Assembly (NCBI GenBank): GCA_964276515.1
Contig: OZ193909.1
Span: forward strand, 310,001-374,000
DNA length: 64,000 nucleotides
Source: Gordius albopunctatus
Taxonomy: Eukaryota
Direction: 5' to 3'
Shown: in pieces, positions 61,914-64,000 of the stretch
Numbering within the stretch: the first letter of the stretch is position 1
How the letters are laid out: each line of letters opens with the position of its first letter
Position numbers and translations under genes: made by a program
The notes under the pieces: model-generated
The model's input: the letters and a program-made list of their open reading frames with translations, nothing else
Told to the model about the DNA's origin: nothing
The model's database searches: none

Positions 61914-64000
61914 GGCAGGCGTAACTAAAATTTACTCATGGGTAGTGTTAGAAAATTTTCAAGACGAAATTTTTTTTGTAAATATTTTTTTTGAACAATG
62001 TTTTTTTTCTAAAAGTTTAAGTGACAATAGCGTAAAAATAATAAAATACTATAAGTGAAATTCCAACAAATATTTATTTATATTCAATAACAATATAGAA
62101 ATGATATAAATTGAGAATCAATATCGACGATTTTAGATAGAAAAGCATTTACAACATCTTTGGTTTCAGGAGTATATTGCCTGTGTACATAGAGCAACGT
62201 TTCCGGTAAGTCTGAAATTAAAAATAAATAAAGCCGTTTAGTTTACATTTCTTGTCCAATTGTGCTTCTAAGATATGTTTTAAGTCTTTTTAGCACTGTA
62301 AAACACCGCTCATTATAGCACGTTGTCGCAGGTAAAGTAGCTAATATATGGTAAAGAATTTTAATATTAGGATAAAAATCTAGTTTGGAGGCATGATTGT
62401 ATAAGGTATCCAATGCATTCCTAAATAATATATCTGAATTGGAGTTTTTAACGGATGAATACCACGATTTAATATCGGATTCAAACTGCTCTTCTGATCC
62501 TTCAAGATCATCTTCATAAAATTTAGCTAATATTAAAAAATTATTTAATATTTGAGGGGTGAGCTGAACGGTGTGTTTAATAAAGAGGGTATCAAATTCT
62601 ATAAGTATTTGTTGGTTTTTAGTGAATCGTTCATCTAATTCAGCTAAAACAAAATCCAAAAAGGGATTGTACAATGAGATCCTGTAATAGGCTTCGGGGC
62701 ATGTTGTCTCTATATTGGACCTTAATGTTTGAAGGGACGTCCTTCTAGGAATAGTGATGAAAAAATCATGACTCTTTCCAAATGTTTAAACATTGGTGAT
62801 AGATCAATGTTAATCGTTTGCAAATAGTTTCTTAGATGTATTGTATAAGAAAACACTTGATTCAACATATAAAGAGACAACCAAAATTGACCTTGTTTCA
62901 ATGATGAAAGTAGAATCATTGCATTCGATGATGATTCTACATCATCCCATTCACAAATCTTTTCGAGTGTAGTGAAAATGGCTTCTTTAAATTCATAAAA
63001 TCTTTTGACAGCATTATGTTTTTGAGTCCACCTTGTTTCACAAAGTGTTAATTTAGATTATTTTGGATTATAAAAACAAATTAAATATAAAAACAATCAT
63101 AATCTTACCCATACAATTCATAATCTTAGAAATCTTGCAAGAATCTTTAATTGCTAAATTTATATTGTGCGATGCACAATGAATATATATAGCCTTGGGG
63201 CACACATATTTAAACAAAGTCTGCAACCCATTTTTAGAGCCACTCATCACTGGGGCTGCATCATAACCCTGCTCTTTGAATTTTGTAATGTCAATTTTAA
63301 GATCTTTAAGAGTCTGCATCACAACTTCAAACATCCCCGTTGCTGACATATCCTTGATCTTGATATATTCTAAAAAACGGATAACGACGATCATTTGTTC
63401 TTGTGTTGAGATATCCGTTGTTTCATCCAAGAGAAGTGAAAAAAAGGGTGACTTATTAATTTCTGCAACTATTTTTGTTTAAATATGTTGTTTAATAATA
63501 TACATTAATTCATTTTGTATAGCAGGTGAGAGGTAATTAACATTTTTTGGGCATTCTTTTAAATCAGTTTTCACTTTCTCGCTGAACTTTGATAGTAAAA
63601 CCAAGAGCTCCCTGAAATTCCCTTTATTACTATCCTTTATCCTGGGATTTTCAACTGGTAACAGGCCATAATCACGGTGACCTATTAAAAAGAGCCTATA
63701 CTAGACATTTAGATTAAAATACCCCTCAATGCAATTCATTGCCTGCCACAGAACACTATAGCTTTCGTTATAGTATATAATGCTTCCCTTATTTTAGTGT
63801 AATAGAATTTTCTTTTATTTGAAATAACCAGGTCAATTGACTGTTTTTTGTTAATATAAATATCTTCAAGCGAGTTGATAATCTCGACTGCATGCAAATG
63901 ATAATTATTTTGTGAATGGTTATTGAATGTTTGTATTCCATTTTGGAACCTGTTAAAAGCACAAACTGTGATTTAAAAACTAGCAATTTATCTAACCTGT
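61914..64000 (-). mobile_element. Degenerate hAT element (ZMYM1/DUF4371-type) running off the window end
   Basis: Broken ORFs with LRG|HRDYG, DETTD, GYDAA, IHCASH, LCETRW and LATLPATTCYNERCF..LKRLKTYLRSTIGQ. A GGCGTAAC terminus-like motif lies near 61918. Confidence 0.88.

Overview
AT-rich, intron-containing animal genomic DNA, probably an invertebrate; the species cannot be determined from the sequence. There is a 200-N scaffold gap at 54549-54748. Host genes reconstructed by hand from splice sites: an F-box/WD40 protein (-), cytochrome b561 (+, 6 exons), IDI1 (-, 6 exons, with the last exon 7.9 kb away across a transposon-filled intron), an orphan charged protein (-), a secreted serpin with a short reactive loop (+), an intronless neurogenin with a 48-aa bHLH loop (+), NAT9 (+) and an intronless SLC17-family transporter (-). 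Many introns are only 32-41 nt, including those in transposase genes. The rest is rich in transposons: RTE and CRE-like LINE remnants, several hAT elements and MITEs, MULE-like MITEs, a Helentron-like element, a probable solo LTR and a ~198-bp tandem array. The most striking pattern is that three DNA transposons of different superfamilies (hAT, Tc1/IS630 DD34E, and an intron-rich P-element/THAP9-like element) are all fold-back structures in which one end is duplicated in inverted orientation. The P-element case abuts the gap and may be partly an assembly artefact. No tRNA, rRNA or CRISPR array was recognised. Coordinates were counted by hand and may be off by a few bases.
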